The notes below the pieces were generated by a model. That model saw only the letters and a list, made by a program, of their open reading frames with translations, had not been told where the DNA came from and did no database searches. DNA of 63,464 bases, filler included, from Hyphochytrium catenoides (Eukaryota > Protista > Hyphochytriomycota), in the NCBI GenBank assembly GCA_900088475.1. It is 4 parts of 4 records of this genome, joined end to end, with 100 filler letters (N's around TTAATTAATTAA, not from the genome) between each part and the next. Parts side by side here need not be neighbours in the genome. Positions count along the whole stretch, not along the records: positions 56,662 to 63,464 come from FLMG01001785.1; 3 more parts are not named here. One strand, given 5' to 3'. How positions within the stretch are numbered: the stretch's first letter is position 1; each line of letters opens with the position of its first letter. This document shows positions 62,099 to 63,464 of the stretch, piece by piece. Made by a program: the position numbers and the translations under genes.

Positions 62099-62715
62099 GA
62101 GAGCCCGGGAGAGAGAGAGAAAGAACATTGCGGCCAAAGGAAAGTGAAAGAGACTTCGAAGGAAGTGAGATATGCTCGAGTTTTGTCCACATTATCCTTC
62201 TCTTTCTTACCCCCTCTTCGTGTCTCTCAAACGTCGACTGTTCTGGCTCTTTCCTCTCCTCTCTCTCTCGCTCTCCCCTCTCTTTCGTGTCCCCTCTTCC
62301 TCTTCTTTTCTGCCTCTTTCTTTTCCTCATCACTCCTGCTCCTTTTCCTCTCTTCTCCCCCTCTTTTCCTAACACTCTCAAATCTCTCAATTCCTTCCTC
62401 TCACTCACCCTTTTCTTCTCTCTCTCTCCCACTCTCTCCTATTTTTTTCTCTCTCCCCCTCTTCGTTCTTCTCTCTTTCTCCGTCTCTCCTCTTCTCTCT
62501 GTCTCTCTCTCTCTCTGTCTCTGTCTCTCTCTCTCTCTCTGTCTCTGCAGTACTACTTCGTCGTGGTTGTCGCCTTCACGAATGAGACGACGGCGTCTCA
62601 GTTTGCGGGTCACTCTGTCTTGGTGGTCTCTCGCTTCCTCCTCCCTCTCTCGAACACGATCTATATCTTGCTCGTGGTCGCGCTAGTCGTAGTATCCCTA
62701 GGGAACAGGATTGAT
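57304..62715 (+). CDS. CHS: Chitin synthase (GT2), division-1/oomycete type; N- and C-termini not recovered
   Basis: Exons 57304-57394, 57954-58123, 58613-58757, 59250-59431, 59850-59974, 60459-60632, 61166-61276, 61832-62034 (into gap) and 62551-62715. Motifs [81 protein letters not shown]. Confidence 0.96.
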
Positions 62716-62749
62716 GTGAGTTTCCCTTCACTCTGTCTCTCTCTCTCCT

Positions 62750-62802
<53 letters not shown>

Positions 62803-63464
62803 TTCTCTCTCTTTCTCGTTCTCTCTCTCTTTCGCTCTCTATTTTTTTCTCTCTCTCTCTCCCTCTTTCTCTCTCTCTTTCTCTCGCTCTCGCTCTCTGT
62901 CTCTCTGTCTCTCTCACTCTCTCGCTCGCTCCCTCTCGCTCTCTCTCGCTCCCTCTCCCGTTTTCCTCTCTCTCTCTCTTTCTCCCTTTCTGTCGTTGAT
63001 CACACTCTCCTCTTGCTCTTTTTATGGTCTCCTTCTGCGTTCCCGTCGTATACTCTTACGTCCGTTTCTCTCTTGACTTCTCTCTTTATTTCTATCTCCT
63101 TGTTCATCGTCCTCGCTGTCCTTTTCCTCTTTCTCTCCCTTAGAATTTTGGGGCTCTCTCTTCCCTACGATCTTCTCTTCCCTCTCCCTCATCATCTTGA
63201 GCTCTTGTACGTCTTTCCTCCTGGACCTTCCTCTTTGTAGCTGTTCCTGTTCTGTTTCTCTCTTCCCCCGCTTTCGCTTCTCTTCCTGCGAGCAATAATC
63301 TTTCCCTTCTTCTACATGTCTTTCTCTCTCTCCTTCAAAGGCTCTCTCTCTCTTTTCTTCTCTCTCTTTTTCCTTTTCCCCACCACTCAATTGGGTCTAA
63401 CATAATAAGACACCTCCCCCTGCGCATCCTTCTCTCTCCTCTCTTCCTCTTCTCTCTCTCTCTC

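Noticed and set aside
46375-62715. Cell-wall or glycan gene cluster (secreted protein, mannosidase, chitin synthase)
   Set aside because: The genes are separated by artificial joins; adjacency is unproven.
1-63464. tRNA, rRNA, introner elements or non-canonical splice sites
   Set aside because: None recognised by eye. All reconstructed introns are GT-AG and share only microsatellite sequence. tRNAscan/Infernal were not run.

Overview
Eukaryotic, intron-rich DNA, probably from a flagellated protist with stramenopile-like genes (inference). Introns and spacers are saturated with (CT)n/(AG)n microsatellites, so most ORFs in the supplied track (SLSL/RERE) are artefacts. I rebuilt these genes by eye across GT-AG introns: a myristoylated EF-hand protein (5' part), an intronless bacterial-style GNAT, a YSL/OPT transporter, a Rad5-like NZF-HIRAN-SNF2-RING helicase, an FSH1/OVCA2 serine hydrolase, a CFAP141-like ciliary protein absent from the ORF track, a protein with four SH3b-like repeats, a secreted Gly/Ala/Pro-rich protein with an LRG...RRL propeptide, a 31-aa repeat protein fragment, a GH38 alpha-mannosidase and an oomycete/fungal division-1-type chitin synthase. 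The region 26.5-45.5 kb is a repeat graveyard: minisatellites, a DIRS-like tyrosine-recombinase retroelement relic, a three-copy unclassified repeat, an MFS pseudogene and a Copia 3' end with its LTR. A frameshifted transposase-like relic lies at 20.2-21.5 kb. Three gaps carry an artificial TTAATTAATTAA linker, so synteny across them is unreliable. No clearly novel multi-gene system is demonstrable. The best leads are GA/CU-complementary introns, the phase-1-bounded SH3b-like repeat gene and the secreted RRL protein. All family assignments come from motif recognition, not database searches.
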